Below, piece after piece: positions 24,966-37,901 of a stretch of 64,000 nucleotides of DNA (position 1 is the first letter of the stretch; each line of letters begins with the position of its first letter). A model generated the notes under the pieces. The model had not been told where the DNA came from. It saw nothing but the letters and a program-made list of their open reading frames with translations, and searched no databases. The stretch lies in assembly GCA_049999805.1 (NCBI GenBank), contig JBNGIO010005394.1:42576-106575 (forward strand), read 5' to 3'. The translations under genes were made by a program, and so were the position numbers. This stretch comes from Folioceros fuciformis (Eukaryota).

Positions 24966-27401
24966 ATGGGAAGCTGGAGCAGTTTGTGTGAGGAGGAACA
25001 GCGCAGTCAGGCTGTTGAAGTGTTGCAGCTGTTGGTTGGGAATGGGTCTTATGTTCCCATAAACCTTCTCTATCGGATCCTCCGGAGCTGTATTGCCAAG
25101 AAGGATCTAGTTGTGGGCAGGTGTATTCATGAGCTTGTTCTGCAAAATGGGTATCAGGCGAACTGTCTTTTGGCTAATCACGTCATTCGCATGTATTCGT
25201 CTCATGGGTGGTTGCAAGAAGCAGCGAATGTGTTTTTACAGCTGGAGAGTCCAGATTCTTACATCTGGTCATCCATAATCCTCGCACATGTTGACTGTGG
25301 GCAACCTGTGGAGGCAATAGACCTATACCGGCGAATGAGACAATCAAGAGTTATGCCGGACAATCATACCTTTGTGGCAGTTCTTAAAGCATGTGCAAAT
25401 GCGACCGATTTGAAATCAGGCAGAGAGGTTCATGTTGATATTTTAAAAACAGCCTCTGAGCCTGATGAGTTTGTTGTGAACTGCTTAATCGATATGTACG
25501 CAAAATGTGGGAGTGTTGGTGATGCCCGCAGGTTGTTTGACAGCTCGAGTTCAAAAAACATTGTGACCTGGACTGCCATGCTCACAGGGTATTCTCAGCA
25601 TGGGGCGGAGCTGGAGGCTCTTACTCTCTACGCAAGCATGCAGAATGAAGGAATGATGTCAGCCGACCGTGTAGTCTTCCTGTGCCTCCTTAAAGCTTGT
25701 GCTAACATTGCAGCATTAGACCAAGGGAAGCAGCTGCATAAGCAGATTCGGGAACAAGGACTGGGTGTTCAGGACTTGGTTGTTGGCAACTGCCTCGTGG
25801 ATATGTATGTGAAATGTGGGAGCTTACATGATGCACGCCAGGTGTTTGACCGCTTGCCTGTGAAAGATGCAGTGACGTGGGCAACCATGATAGCAGGATA
25901 TGCCCAGCAGGAACTCGGGCAAGATGCGGTTGCCCTTTTTGCAAGCATGCAGAAGGATGGAGTCTCTCCAGCCAATGATGTTACGTTTTCCTGCCTTCTT
26001 AGAGCATGTGCCAGCATCGGTGCATTACATGAGGGGAAGCGTCTTCACTCCCAGGTTGAAGGAAGAGGACTGGCACTGGATGTCGTTATTGGCAACAGTC
26101 TGGTTGACATGTACTCAAAATGTGGGAGCTTAGACAACGCCCGCAGGGTGTTTGATGGTTTGGCTACGAAAGATGTGGTGACATGGAATGTCATGATCTC
26201 AGGATACGTTCAATATGGACTGGCAGAAGAGGCCCTCACTCTCTATGCAAGTATGGTGGAGAGTGGCATCACTAAAGCTGATCTTGTTACAGATTCCTGC
26301 ATGTTGAAAGCATGCGCCGCCGTTGGCGCGTTGGACCAAGGAAAGGTGTTCCATTCACAAATTGCAAGAGCAGGACCTTATGATCTCTTGGTTCAGAACG
26401 GCCTTGTGGACATGTATGCAAAATGTGGGAGCTTTGAGGAGGCTTGCAAAGTATTAGAGGGCATGGAGTCTAAAAGTGTGGCTACGTGGAATGCTATGCT
26501 GACAGGATATGCCCAGCATGGCCTGGGTCAAAAGGCACTCAGACTTTTTGCACGTATGCAACAGGAATGCTCAGCTGAACCGGACGAAGTTACATTTGCC
26601 TGTGTTTTGAAAGCATGCGCTTCCGAGGGAGCCCTAGCTCAGGGACAGCAAGTGCACACTCAGGTTTGTAACAGGGGGCTGGAGAGTGGTGTTCTTGTTG
26701 GAAGTTGCCTTGTGGACATGTATGCGAAGTGTGGAAGCTTAGTCGACGCCCGAAGGGTGTTTGAAAGGTTGGGTGTCCGCGATGTAGTGTCGTGGAGTGC
26801 CATGCTCTCAGGGTATGCTCAGCATGGTTTGGGGCGGGAAGCCCTGCAACTGTATGAGCAAATGCAGTTGGAGGGCATTGAGCCAAATGCCGTCACTTTT
26901 CTGTCGCTGTTTGCAGCTTGCAGTCATGCGGGTCTGGTGGACAAAGGTGTTGAGCTCTTCAAGTCCATGCGCGAAGAGTATGGGTTCACTCCAGAGATGG
27001 GGCACTATGTGGGTATGATAGACCTGTTTGGTCGTGCAGGATACTTTTCAAGGTTAGAACAGTTTATGCGTTCTATGCCTCTGCAGCCTGATCTCGCTAT
27101 GTGGTTGTGTGTGCTGGGTGCCTGTCGGAAGCATGGAAATGTGGTGCTGGCAGAAAAGGCATTTTCATCGGCCATAGTCCGCCAGCCAAAGGATGCTGCA
27201 GCATACATACTCATGGCACACATCTATAGTGGTGCGGGTCTTTTGGATGAGGTAAAGAAGGTGGAGAAGCTGAGAAACGATGCAGGTGCCTTGAAGGAGC
27301 CTGGGAGGAGCTGGATTGAGTATGGTCATGAACTGCTGACGTTTCAGGTACACGATGCCGTAGACTTCCTGAGCGTAGACAAGTCTGTGTCACACTTGTG
27401 A
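24966..27401 (+). CDS. PLS-class pentatricopeptide repeat protein with E/E+ extension, no DYW (organellar RNA-editing specificity factor)
   Basis: Repeated P-L-S triplets (LVDMYAKCGSL..ARRVFD, VVTWNAMI.GY.QHG, TF.CLLKACA). E domain WLCVLGACRKHGN, PG-box KEPGRSWIE, then stop. No HSE or CxxC deaminase motifs. First ATG 24966; frame open from 24912. Confidence 0.93.
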   Translation: MGSWSSLCEEEQRSQAVEVLQLLVGNGSYVPINLLYRILRSCIAKKDLVVGRCIHELVLQNGYQANCLLANHVIRMYSSHGWLQEAANVFLQLESPDSYIWSSIILAHVDCGQPVEAIDLYRRMRQSRVMPDNHTFVAVLKACANATDLKSGREVHVDILKTASEPDEFVVNCLIDMYAKCGSVGDARRLFDSSSSKNIVTWTAMLTGYSQHGAELEALTLYASMQNEGMMSADRVVFLCLLKACANIAALDQGKQLHKQIREQGLGVQDLVVGNCLVDMYVKCGSLHDARQVFDRLPVKDAVTWATMIAGYAQQELGQDAVALFASMQKDGVSPANDVTFSCLLRACASIGALHEGKRLHSQVEGRGLALDVVIGNSLVDMYSKCGSLDNARRVFDGLATKDVVTWNVMISGYVQYGLAEEALTLYASMVESGITKADLVTDSCMLKACAAVGALDQGKVFHSQIARAGPYDLLVQNGLVDMYAKCGSFEEACKVLEGMESKSVATWNAMLTGYAQHGLGQKALRLFARMQQECSAEPDEVTFACVLKACASEGALAQGQQVHTQVCNRGLESGVLVGSCLVDMYAKCGSLVDARRVFERLGVRDVVSWSAMLSGYAQHGLGREALQLYEQMQLEGIEPNAVTFLSLFAACSHAGLVDKGVELFKSMREEYGFTPEMGHYVGMIDLFGRAGYFSRLEQFMRSMPLQPDLAMWLCVLGACRKHGNVVLAEKAFSSAIVRQPKDAAAYILMAHIYSGAGLLDEVKKVEKLRNDAGALKEPGRSWIEYGHELLTFQVHDAVDFLSVDKSVSHL

Positions 27402-28562
27402 CACACGTGTGGAAAGTGCGTCCTCAGATTCTGTGACGGCTGGGTGAAATTCCCGCCAGCCCGAAATGCGGGTACTGCCGATTGCCACTTTAGGTAGAGG
27501 GTCTAGGGCTGCTGCGTCCCACAGCAGTTGTGAACTACTGATGCTCGTCTCCTTGAAGAGACCTCCTCGAAGAGACGCACTTGTACAAGTGCTTCCCAAA
27601 GAAGGGGGGGTTAGGGTTAGGGCTAGGGTTCCGGGTCTCCCTTTCCTGCTTCGGGACAGTCCACAGTTGGAATACATTTTTCCCAACGCATACGAGATGC
27701 GAGTGAAGGGCACGCAACCATATGTTTGTGGTTAGTTCTACGGAATCACATCTATACAGGCCGACAGTGGAGAGCCTGGGAGTCGGAAGAGGCTATGCCT
27801 TGTCAATGGCGGCATCTAATGGCCAGGTCGTGGGCCCCACAGTCTTGTGGGCGGATTCTCTATGTTTTGTGGAGATGGCTGCCTGTGGACCCGGGTACAA
27901 CCACCCGAAATACTGTATGCTTCTCGTCGTATGCACATTGATAAACTTCGCATGCAATGCGTACCATTTTCGTCTCAAGGTACGTGTATCTGTACTGATC
28001 AGATGTACAGCAGTGCAAGAGTTACATACACCTCATCAGGACGGGTGGCCCGTAAAATGCGTTTTAATTACTCGTGAAGTGCGCGAGGCTGGGCTGCCTG
28101 GACTGACACTGGAGTATTTTAATTTGTTTTTTTATAGAGCGCGCGCTGTCGGTTCCCAGGACTGGTTTTTGTCGGGGGATTGGCGAGGGCCTGCCCGCCT
28201 GCCCGCACAGAGACCGAGGCAGAGCTACCCGCGTCATACCTGGCGACAACCATGCTGAGGCACTACACAGACGGCACGCATCTAGTGACACGCCAGAACC
28301 CTCTGATTGCAAGCGCGAGCTAGGTACTATTTTCGGTCAAGCATTCTGCGTCTCCAACAATCTCACGTTGCTGTCCTCGGTTGGTTGTAATTGCCTGCAT
28401 TGGTGAGGTTTCTGAGAACTTTGACGTGCGTGGTTGGGACAGGAAAAGCCGCCAGCCAAGTCCGCCGTGTTCTGAGATAGAAATTTGTCGAAGCAGGGAC
28501 CGTGAAGCTCTAGACGACAGAAGAGGCGAGGGGAGGAGAAAAGGGAGAAAGGGAGGACAGAC

Positions 28563-28913
28563 ATGGCAGTTGTGAAGTCGAGTCCATCTCCGCTGATGCC
28601 GCTGTTGCTGCTCAGCTTCGTGGTGGTGGCCATGATAGGGCCCTGGTTCATTGAGCACGAGGACCTCATCTTTGGGGCAATGCGAGGCCTGAGCTCTGTG
28701 GCAGGCCTGATCCCACTCCTCCTGCTCTTTGCCATCCTTTTCCTCACTCCAAGCTCCCCGCCTACACGGCAGCGGCAGCCTCCAACCGGCCCTTCCTTCT
28801 ACGACGCTGGCACGTCGCAGTATGGCCTCTTCCTCCTCCTCCTGCTCCTCGTGGTGCTGGCCTCCATGACCTCCTCCTGGCAGTCTGGCTGGCATTCCTC
28901 CGTTAGAACTTGA
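28563..28913 (+). CDS. Small plant membrane protein (At5g19875-like, uncharacterised)
   Basis: 116 aa with three hydrophobic segments. The C-terminal AGTSQYGLFLLLLLLVVLASMTSSWQSGW resembles the GGSPWGVA.LL.LLL...S.QS.F...W plant family motif. Confidence 0.65.
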   Translation: MAVVKSSPSPLMPLLLLSFVVVAMIGPWFIEHEDLIFGAMRGLSSVAGLIPLLLLFAILFLTPSSPPTRQRQPPTGPSFYDAGTSQYGLFLLLLLLVVLASMTSSWQSGWHSSVRT

Positions 28914-31317
28914 GTCACTACCCTTAGTAGCTGGTTAGTTGTTGCAAGGCAAGGGGTTTGTTTTTCCCTTCTCACGAGATCAGGCGGAAAGGCCTTGTCT
29001 GGTCTTAGCAGCACGAGAGTGAGTTTCGCTCCACCTTAGTTAGGAAACAGGAAAGAGAGGTCTGTAGCAGGCTATGACACTTGTATTCATCTCAATGTTG
29101 GAAATTGTAGACTCGTCGCAGACAGTAGAATTATCCCGGCCTGCTAGTTTCTGATCTTGCTGCAGGCTGTGGTCAGGAACATGGTCCTCTTGCTCGGACT
29201 CTTTGATGAGGAACCCTGTGTGGTCTCTGCTCCACAAGCCAGGATGCGGCTCGTGTCTCATATCAGACGAGCAGCTGTGTGAGCTTCAGTCTACCAAGAA
29301 AAGCAGCCTTGGGAACGAGTGCTGGGAATTTCAGTTGTAGCTCCGCTTCCTCGTAGGCATCCTTCCCGGAGCACAGCAACGTGGCCTGCTTCTCCAAGAT
29401 TACCCTCGAACTGTAGCTCCTGGGTCCGGGCATCAAATTCTAATCCATTTGTCAAGGCCCTGCGCGAAAGGCGCTGCGGCTTCGGCTTGCGCGAAAAACG
29501 AGACTCGTTTTGCAATCATGTATCCACGCCGACTTCATACGGCGAAGCGCGCCGGCCAGGATATGGATGATGAAGATGGACCCCACGAGCAGTGCAAATG
29601 AATCGAATTCCCTTTTCCTGTCGTACGCCTGCACGCTGGTTTGAAGTATTGGCCCGCTCGAGAAGGTGAAGAGAGATCGAATATGCATCATCTGCAAGTT
29701 TTGTGGGAGTCCAACATGCGAAGGGATCAAAGCTGGGATCCGGACGTCTGTGACTGGCTGCGACGACGATAGACAGCAACAATTAAAGTCCGAGCTGGAT
29801 ACCCACTGGGTCCAGATCGTCCGCTCCAGCAACAATTAACGTCCGAGCTGGATACCCACCGTCGTTATGGTTTTTATGGTTCGAAGCCACTGTTTGATGC
29901 GAACCAAGTCAGCATGCCATCGCGCACTTCTTCTCCCGAACCCAAGCCATTTTCTGCCATCGTCACCTTCTTCTCCCGAACTCAAGCTATTTTCCCCTAA
30001 AAGAAGGGTCGTGGCCAGCCAAGTCCATCTCCCTCCATGCAATGATTGTCTTGCAACACCTTCAACTACAAAAAGGTAGGGGACATACAAGCATAGAGTC
30101 TTTATTCCAAGCCTCTTAAGGCACCATGACCCAACAGCGGTGTATGGACAAAATCACAAACTCTCCCTGGAGCAACACTTATTTTCCAAGTCCTTGCATG
30201 TTGGTGGGTGGGTTGGAGAGGGGTTCCATTATGTTGTGCATAGCTTGGACCCGTGGGCGGCAATGCTAGGCTACCTTGGGGAGTGTACGTTCAAGTGCAT
30301 CTCTCGTTTCTTCACTGCACAGCTTGACTGACGCGCGAATGCATTCCTCGTCGTTCTTAGGTGTGAGTCTGTAATCCCTCGACTTGTAGATATGTTCAAG
30401 GACCTTGCATGTGTCTTCACATTTGGAGATAGAGCTGTACACCTACATCATTGACCACGTGTACTTTTCGAGTTTAGTGAACATGGTTATCAAACAGGTG
30501 CCTCTGCATGCAAGGGGTCAATTGCGGCAAGTGAGAACGTGCTCGAGCCAAGAAACAAATTTATGGACCATAGAAGATTCTTCGATATTCTTGATCGGTC
30601 CACTAAAGGGGCAATGACAACAGAAAAAAAAAAAAAAAAAAAAGTCTGTATTGTATGGCATCTCGTAATGTGACTTGGGGCCTAAAATCAGTATGTATGC
30701 AAGAGATGCTAGTAAAATATTCGTGTAAAACAAACAGTTAAAAAAAATCCTAATTGTTGACCATATGTCGATATTGGTATTCCATACTACAATCACATTT
30801 TGTAAATTTATTTTAATAGTATTATAATTAATTTATTATATTAGTCTAATTTAATTCAAAATATTATAATATAACTCATGAGTTGAATTTATATTTATTT
30901 GAATTTTATAATTTTTATTTATATATTTACACCATAAAAGTATATATATCATGTTACATATATATATACATAAATGAATTTTAGGACCAAGTGACAGATA
31001 CTTAGACTATACTAGTAAAGTACTTTCATGTATACCCCACACCCTTGTCATATGTCCATGTCCGAACATTGTTTGCACAGAGCTGTGGTTAGCTATCCAT
31101 AAGTGCATCCCTTGGTTTGCCACTACGATGAATGTCTCTTCTAATTGTGTTAGTGTTCTGATCAGCTGACACAGATCGTATGGGGGTGCGCAAATAAACC
31201 GGTGTACTCGGTCTGTGGGTGCGCCGGCCTATAGGTGCACCCCCATGAACGCTTGTGTTGGACTTCCCCCATACCCTATCTGGGTGTTCGCCGAATGATC
31301 GCCGCACTTCCTCAAGT

Positions 31318-31508
31318 TGTACGCCGGTCTACTAGCGCACACACTACGACTGTGCGCCAGTATACCAACGCACACACTACGACTGTGCGTCAGCATACCA
31401 GCGCACACACTACGACTGTGCGTCGACATACCAGCGCACACACTACGACTGTGCGCCGGCATACCAGCGCACACACAACGACTGTGCGTCGGCATACCAA
31501 CGCACATA
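31318..31508. repeat. 33-bp tandem array with palindromic core GTGCGCCGG-N4-CCGGCGCAC (~6 units)
   Basis: Repeating gcgcacacactacgactgtgcg at a 33-nt period. Confidence 0.9.
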
Positions 31509-32644
31509 TGCGTAAATGATTGATATTCAAAAAGCCCCTCACATTTACCAACTTCTAGTAATGCCAATTTCGGAAATTATCATCGCATGTGACTACAGCC
31601 GAGAACGGCAGTTCGACCATAGAACTGGATAGTATCAAGGAAGTTTACTATTCCCAACCCGCAATTTCGCCTAGTTTCTTAGTGAACATGATGAGTATGA
31701 AGTGCGTCATGAATGTTGCTCAGTTTATTTTGGGATCTTCCACATTTAAATTGCATGAATCGTGGATATGTGCCACAAAAAAAAACAAAGAAAATCTTTC
31801 GAAGCCCGATTTGGCAAAATACGACAATTAGGCACAGACCTTGTTATAATATACAATGTAATTGTTTTATAGCAATTGGATGATATTCACCGCTCTTCAA
31901 TATGTTGTGTTAAAGTTTATCCATTCATTGTTTTCCAAACTACAAAAGAAGAGAATGATTTCCTAAAAAACAATAAATGCAAGTAATACTTTGAAGAAAC
32001 CTTGCGTACCAATAGCTTGAGCGTCTAATTTCCTAATCTGGGCCTCAACCAAAGTATTGTAATTCAACTTTGGGAGCACTTCTAACTGCATCTTGCACCC
32101 CACCAATTTGGGATTGCTACCCCAGGTGGGTGTGAATGTGCGCTCAAGTTATATCTTACTAGGTAGCTTTGCAAGTTGATATCGGAAATGATTTCAACAT
32201 CGTCTCCTGGGATGTCATCTTCTTGGAGCTCAAGAGTGTAGAAGGTCAATTGGCTTGTCTCATCCCTTTTGTTCGCTCTTTCTATGGCTTAGCATCCAAG
32301 CTCTTCTTTCAACACGACCTAACTATTGAGGGGGTCTCAGTTTTTTTATTCAGCAATGATCACAAGGCAAAGGGATATGCTAAGGGGTGCTCTTTCGGCA
32401 ATGACACATTTTTGAGTGTTGTCTTTAACTACCTTGGCATTTTGGGAATGCCTTTCCTCATCCGTGGCTGATGACACTCATATTCTTGGGCAAGGAGTCA
32501 TAGTCAAAACAACATTTGATTTCTTCTCGATAAAGCTCTCCAAGGTGGGGTTGAGGGTTAAGCTATTTAAACGCAAGGTTTGGTCCCTTTCAGGCATCAC
32601 TTCCCCCCCCCCCCATATTGAAAGGGGGGGAGGGGGGTGGATAT

Positions 32645-35600
32645 TTTAGTGGATTGTGTGTGTGCTGGTGCACGGGCACGGGAATGAGAGAGCGCAAGGG
32701 GCAAGCAAGCAAAAAAACAGTTATTTTTCATTTCACAAGAAAGTGTATATTTATAACTAGGTATTTAATTAAGTATATAACCTGATTAAAAAAAACTAAC
32801 CTACTTACTAACATGATTTCCTTTACTCCCTCTTAGTTGAAATAATCAGGGTAAGAGAATCATGAAAAGTAGGCTAATGTAAACCATAATACTAAAACCC
32901 AAACATACAACTATCTCCCTCTTAAGCTCCAAAAGAGGGTAAGGCCTTAGTGTTGTAGTTGAGCAGCGCACGATTAGCACAAACTTTGTGGCTTCATCCA
33001 CTGCGCTGATCAATATACCAAATATATTAATGTGCAAAGCCAATCTTGGACACTGCAGCAATGAGCTTGAGACCTGCTGCTGAAGAATGCTTGGCATGTA
33101 GATTTCGAGGTAGAGCCTTAGTTAGCAAATCAGCAATATTTTCACTTGTTGGAATATAACGAACTTCCACCTCGCCTGTATCAGCAGCTTGTCTTATAAA
33201 ATGATGAGTAATTTCTATATGCTTCGACCTCGCATGAAAAATGAGGTTCTTCGAGAGTGCAATAGCAGATTGGTTATCACACCATAAAACTGTTACACCT
33301 GATGGCAATTGCTGTATACCTCTCAAAAAAGAACGTATCTAAATCACTTCTCTCGCTGCTTGTGACAAAGCTCCATATTCGGCCTCCGTAGATGATAAGC
33401 AAATGGTAGCCAACTTCTTACTTGACGAGGAAACCACAGATCCACCTAGTAAATTGCAATATGCTGCAACACTCTTCCTACTGTCCGAGTCTCTGGCCCA
33501 ATTAGCATCACTGAATGAAGTAAGCATTAAACCAACAGGTTGCTTAGTGTAAGTAAGTCCAAATCTAGGGGTGCCCTTGAGATACCTAAAACTCCTCTTC
33601 ACGGCTGTCCAATGAACTTCCCTGGATTTTCTAAAAATTGAGAAACACTACTAATAGCCCTGGCTATATCTAAACGCGTCCATGCTGCAAGATAAATGAG
33701 GCTACCTACAGCTTGCCTATAAGGGCAAGTTGCCATAATATCCTTTTCAGCTTGCGTTGATGGACACTGCTCCTTGGATAATTTATCTCCTGTTGACATT
33801 GGAGTAGCAACAAGGCATGCATCTGCCATATTGAAGCACGGCAAAAGTTGATTCACAAAATGTTCCTGATGTATCTCAACAGTGTGCCTATCCTCAGAAA
33901 AGTGAAATTGAACGCCAAGTGAAAAGCTAAGCTGGCCCAAGTCGAACATGTCAAAGTGAGAAAGCAAAACATTCTTGATTCGGGCCATCATTGCAGTAGA
34001 GGTACAAAACAAAAAAGTTGTCATCAACATAAACTGTCAAAATAAGAAACTCTACACCGTCCCATAAAATATAAACACTGCTGTCAGCATCAAGGCATGT
34101 AGATCCAAGCTCAATAAGTAAGGGATGGAAAGTTTCATTCCAAGCCCTACTAGATTGTTTCAAGCCATACAAAGTCTTTAACAGATGACAAACTTTATTA
34201 ACATCTTCTATAAAACCTTCCGGTTGGGACATATATATTTCTTCCTCTAAGGACTCATTTAAAAAGGCAATCTTCACATCCAGCTGATGTACATAAAGAC
34301 CATAATGGGCAGCCAAGGAAAGCAATATTCTAATTGACGTGGATTTAACAAATGGGGAAAAAGTTTCATTGTAATCTAGCCCTGCAACCTGACTATAACC
34401 TTTAGCAACTAACCTTGCCTTATAACGTCCAACACTACCATCGGTGTTCAACTTCTTCTTGAAAACCCATTTGCAAGCAACAGGCTTGCGACCCTTGGGT
34501 AAATCAACTAATTTCTAGGTTTTGTTGGCTATAAGGGAATCATACTCAGACTTGATAGCCTTTTGCCAATGTTCAACTTTAGAACCAGAAATGGCTTCCT
34601 TATAAGTGGCTGGTTCAGAAGTATCAAAATTCTTAAATGATGGAGAAGTATCTGAAACTATACCAGCTACAAAAGGTGGCTCAAACCATTCACTACGAGG
34701 TGGTCTATGGCGTGTAGATCTACGCAAAACGGGCTCAGGTGTAGGCTCAACTGGATCAGGTATGGGCTCAAGATCAGACGAAGGAGAGTTAAAATTAAAA
34801 GTAACGACAGGATCAACTTCCAAGGGTTCATCAAAGGAGGGAACTGCAGAAGACTCATCTGGTAGAGAAGATTCAGGTGCTAGGGGAGCACTAGGAAGAT
34901 GAGTTTCATAACTGACATGAGATTCTTGGTCATGGAGGGGACAAACAACACACCTGAGATGGTGAGAGATGAACTGTTAGGGAGCTGTATCTTGACTAGT
35001 CATGTACCTTTAATGGATAAACCACTGTCATCACCCAAAAGAACAAACTGGTGATGATCAGAAGTAGGGTTAAAAATGGTGAAAGCATTCCTCTCAAAAC
35101 AGATGTGGCTGGTTGCCCCTGATTCGAGGAACCACATGTCATTCTGGATATGGACAGAAGATAAGCAAACTGCTAAGATGGAGGGTGTTTTGGGCAGACC
35201 TTTAGACGTGGCTACATTAGATGCTAGAATGGAACTTGAACTTTCCTTCCTGGGCTCACCAGCCCTTTTCTTTCTACAGTCCTTCTCAAAATGACTAGGT
35301 ATTTTGCACCAAATGCAAGTGAAGGTATGCCTTTGAAGGTTGGGCTGTCGAGAGGTTGAAGCTCCTCCTCGTCCTGAGCCCCAACTTCCTCTGCCTCGAT
35401 TGCCTCCACATCCTCTTGAGGCAAACAAAACTCGGTTGCCTTGTTGCATATTAGGCTTCAACTTGTGAAGGCTCCTTCGGCGTTCTTCAGCAATCAAAGC
35501 TCCAAATACCTGCTCCAATTTTACATTGGCACCAAGTCCTGCTGCTTGAAGAGTAGCATTCTGAGAGATAATAAACTGAGAATAAATGTTAGGAAGTGAT

Positions 35601-37901
35601 GCTAAAAAGGAAATAGCTGCTTGAAACTCAGTGAAGGTAGTCCCACAATATGCAAGAGTCGCACGAGCTGTGCGAAACTTATTGATATAAGACTCAACAG
35701 TCTCATTATCCTTCATACGAATATTGAAAAAATCTCGATGCGTAAGAATAAGGGAAACAGAACTCTTATCTCTATAGATGAGTTTGAAGTTGTTCCAAAC
35801 TGCTGCTAAGGTGTCAGCATCCATGGTATGTGGCATCATGTTCCTGTCAAGGGATGCCAAAAGAATCGACCGGGCTTTCCTGTCCTTCCTTTGCCATGCA
35901 AGTATATCAGCAACATTTGCATTGTTGGGCTGTGCTGCTAGTTTGGGTTCTGTCCCATCCACGATGGACATGAGCTCATGCTCTTCTAAAATCTGGGTCA
36001 GCCTCATCGCCTAGATGTGGTAATCATTACCATTAAAGCGATCCTTGTCCTTGAAATCAATTTTCAAGGAACCTAGAATGATCACCATAGCTTGCGCAAG
36101 GGTGTTGACATGAGGCACTGGTTGTTGAGATGTGCTGGCTCCTGAATTTGCAGCTTGTCCAATAGAAATTCCAACTCCAGCAGTAGGGTAGCCTGCCGTA
36201 CCTGCAAGGGTGCTTGTAGAATCAACAGGGTAGCCTACTGTAGGAGTAGGGACACTTGTTGGCCTCAAATCGGGGCCAGGGCTAGGTTGTGAAACGTTGC
36301 CCCAAAAACTCCTTAAGTTGTCGAAAGATGGAGTTCCTGCTTGTTGTTCATTGGTGCCAGTAGTGGAATCAAAGACAGGTGAAGTGGGTTCCTCCTGTAA
36401 TCCAATCTGCCAAGGTCCAAGTCTTCGCCTTCATCAGATTCATCAGACCCTAATAAGGGCGAACTTGGACGCATGTCCAAACCTCAAATTTGTCAAGGAC
36501 GTTGCACGCGAGAGCATCCGGGTGAAAATAACTTGGCCAGATGCATGCGCTTCTCCTCTTCAAGTGGGTTAACCATCAAAGAAAACTGATTAATTCCATA
36601 TATGAGGCAAAACAGGGCGTCTTGTAGTGCTCGAATCCGAGTAGCAGCATCCCTAAGGTCGTCCTCAATTTGCCGTTGTTGCAAGCCGCGAGAAGCAGAA
36701 ATCGGTGGGCGCGCATTCAGATTGGCTCTGATAAGATTTCTGGCTGGTATGGCAGGGGCTAGGCTCACAGGGTTTTGGACAGTGCTTTGGAATGCAGCCC
36801 GGCGGGCATCTCAGTATGAATAATTGCTGGGGCATCTGGCACGAGGTTCCTGCAATTGGCCATGCAAACAGATGAAACTCATTTCGGGTCAGGGTGATGG
36901 TGTGGATGGAGGGCAAACACTCCTGCTCTGCGCGCAAGAAGTTGTCTTGCACCTCGGCATTGTCACCCGCATCTCGGCATCATCACCAAAAAAACATTGA
37001 AGCAATCTTGTGTTTTCCCCATGCCGCACTTCAGCTGTTTCATCATCGCTCATCGCTTCAACATCTGTCAACATTCTCCTCTGTCCCTGGCCATCAGGGA
37101 TGGTGCCGAAGAGAAAAAAACGAACAGGTGAGTGCCCGCTAGAGCCTGCTTTTGCCACAACAATTTGCTGCTGCCACGGCTACTTGCACAGATCTGGATT
37201 GGGCTCAAAAATTCCAAGGCACTGGGTGGGGAATGGCTCCTGCCCTCACATCACACCAGCCTGTAGGCCTGTCCATCAATGTGATCTTAGGTGTGTTGTT
37301 GATCGGTGCTGCAGGTGTCACGTGCGATCCAGATCAAGGCGAGGCGAGCCATAGGGCTGGCTTCACAACTGCGGCGGGCGCGCCAGTCAGAGAGGCTAGA
37401 AGCGGCTCCAAAGGCCGAGGCAGAGAGCAGTCGTCTGCCTTCTCGTCTCACCGGCCAATCTCTCGTCTTCCATCCCTGCTCGGCTTCAAGTCGTGCTGTG
37501 TAGAGCGCCTCCTAGATGTGCGACCAAATGTGGATCACAAGCCGCTGAGCCTTGATGGTGGGCAGATTCCGATTGTTCATGCCCTGGCTTAGGCCGTCAG
37601 CCCGAGGCTGCTCCTTCCTCCTAACTTCACAAAATCACACGATTTGAGCGTGAACGTCATGATTTCAATCCAATTACCGGACCGTGCTGGTGAGGCGGAT
37701 CAAATTGCAAGCTTTGATACCATTTAGCAGATTGTGTGTGTGCTGGTGCACAGGCATGGGAACGAGAGAGCACAAGGGGCAAGCAAGCAAAAAAATGGTT
37801 ATTTTTCATTTCACAAGAAAGTGTATATTTATAACTAGGTATTTAATTAAGTATATAACTTGATTATAAAACTAACCTACTTACTAACATGATTTCCTTT
37901 A
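32645..37901 (-). mobile_element. Ty1/Copia element D, integrase deleted, with extra 5' ORF and non-canonical LTR ends
   Basis: LTRs 32645-32825 and 37723-37901, TSD GATAT (32640-32644, 37902-37906), PBS 37711-37722, PPT at 32826. Gag with CxxC-H-C knuckle and PR WFLESGAT (35000-36007); RT/RNase H 33027-34600; no INT motifs. Confidence 0.93.
36450..37158 (-). pseudogene. Frameshifted extra ORF between PBS and gag of element D
   Basis: Overlapping sense frames 36889-37158, 36665-36952 and 36493-36768. The last has a coiled-coil-like QQRQIEDDLRDAATRIRALQDAL. Confidence 0.4.

Noticed and set aside
30624-30643. Poly-A tract as a retroposition tail
   Set aside because: No TSD or recognisable SINE/LINE body upstream.
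32598-32640. Poly-C / poly-G hairpin next to the Copia TSD
   Set aside because: Low complexity and single occurrence; no basis for assigning a function.
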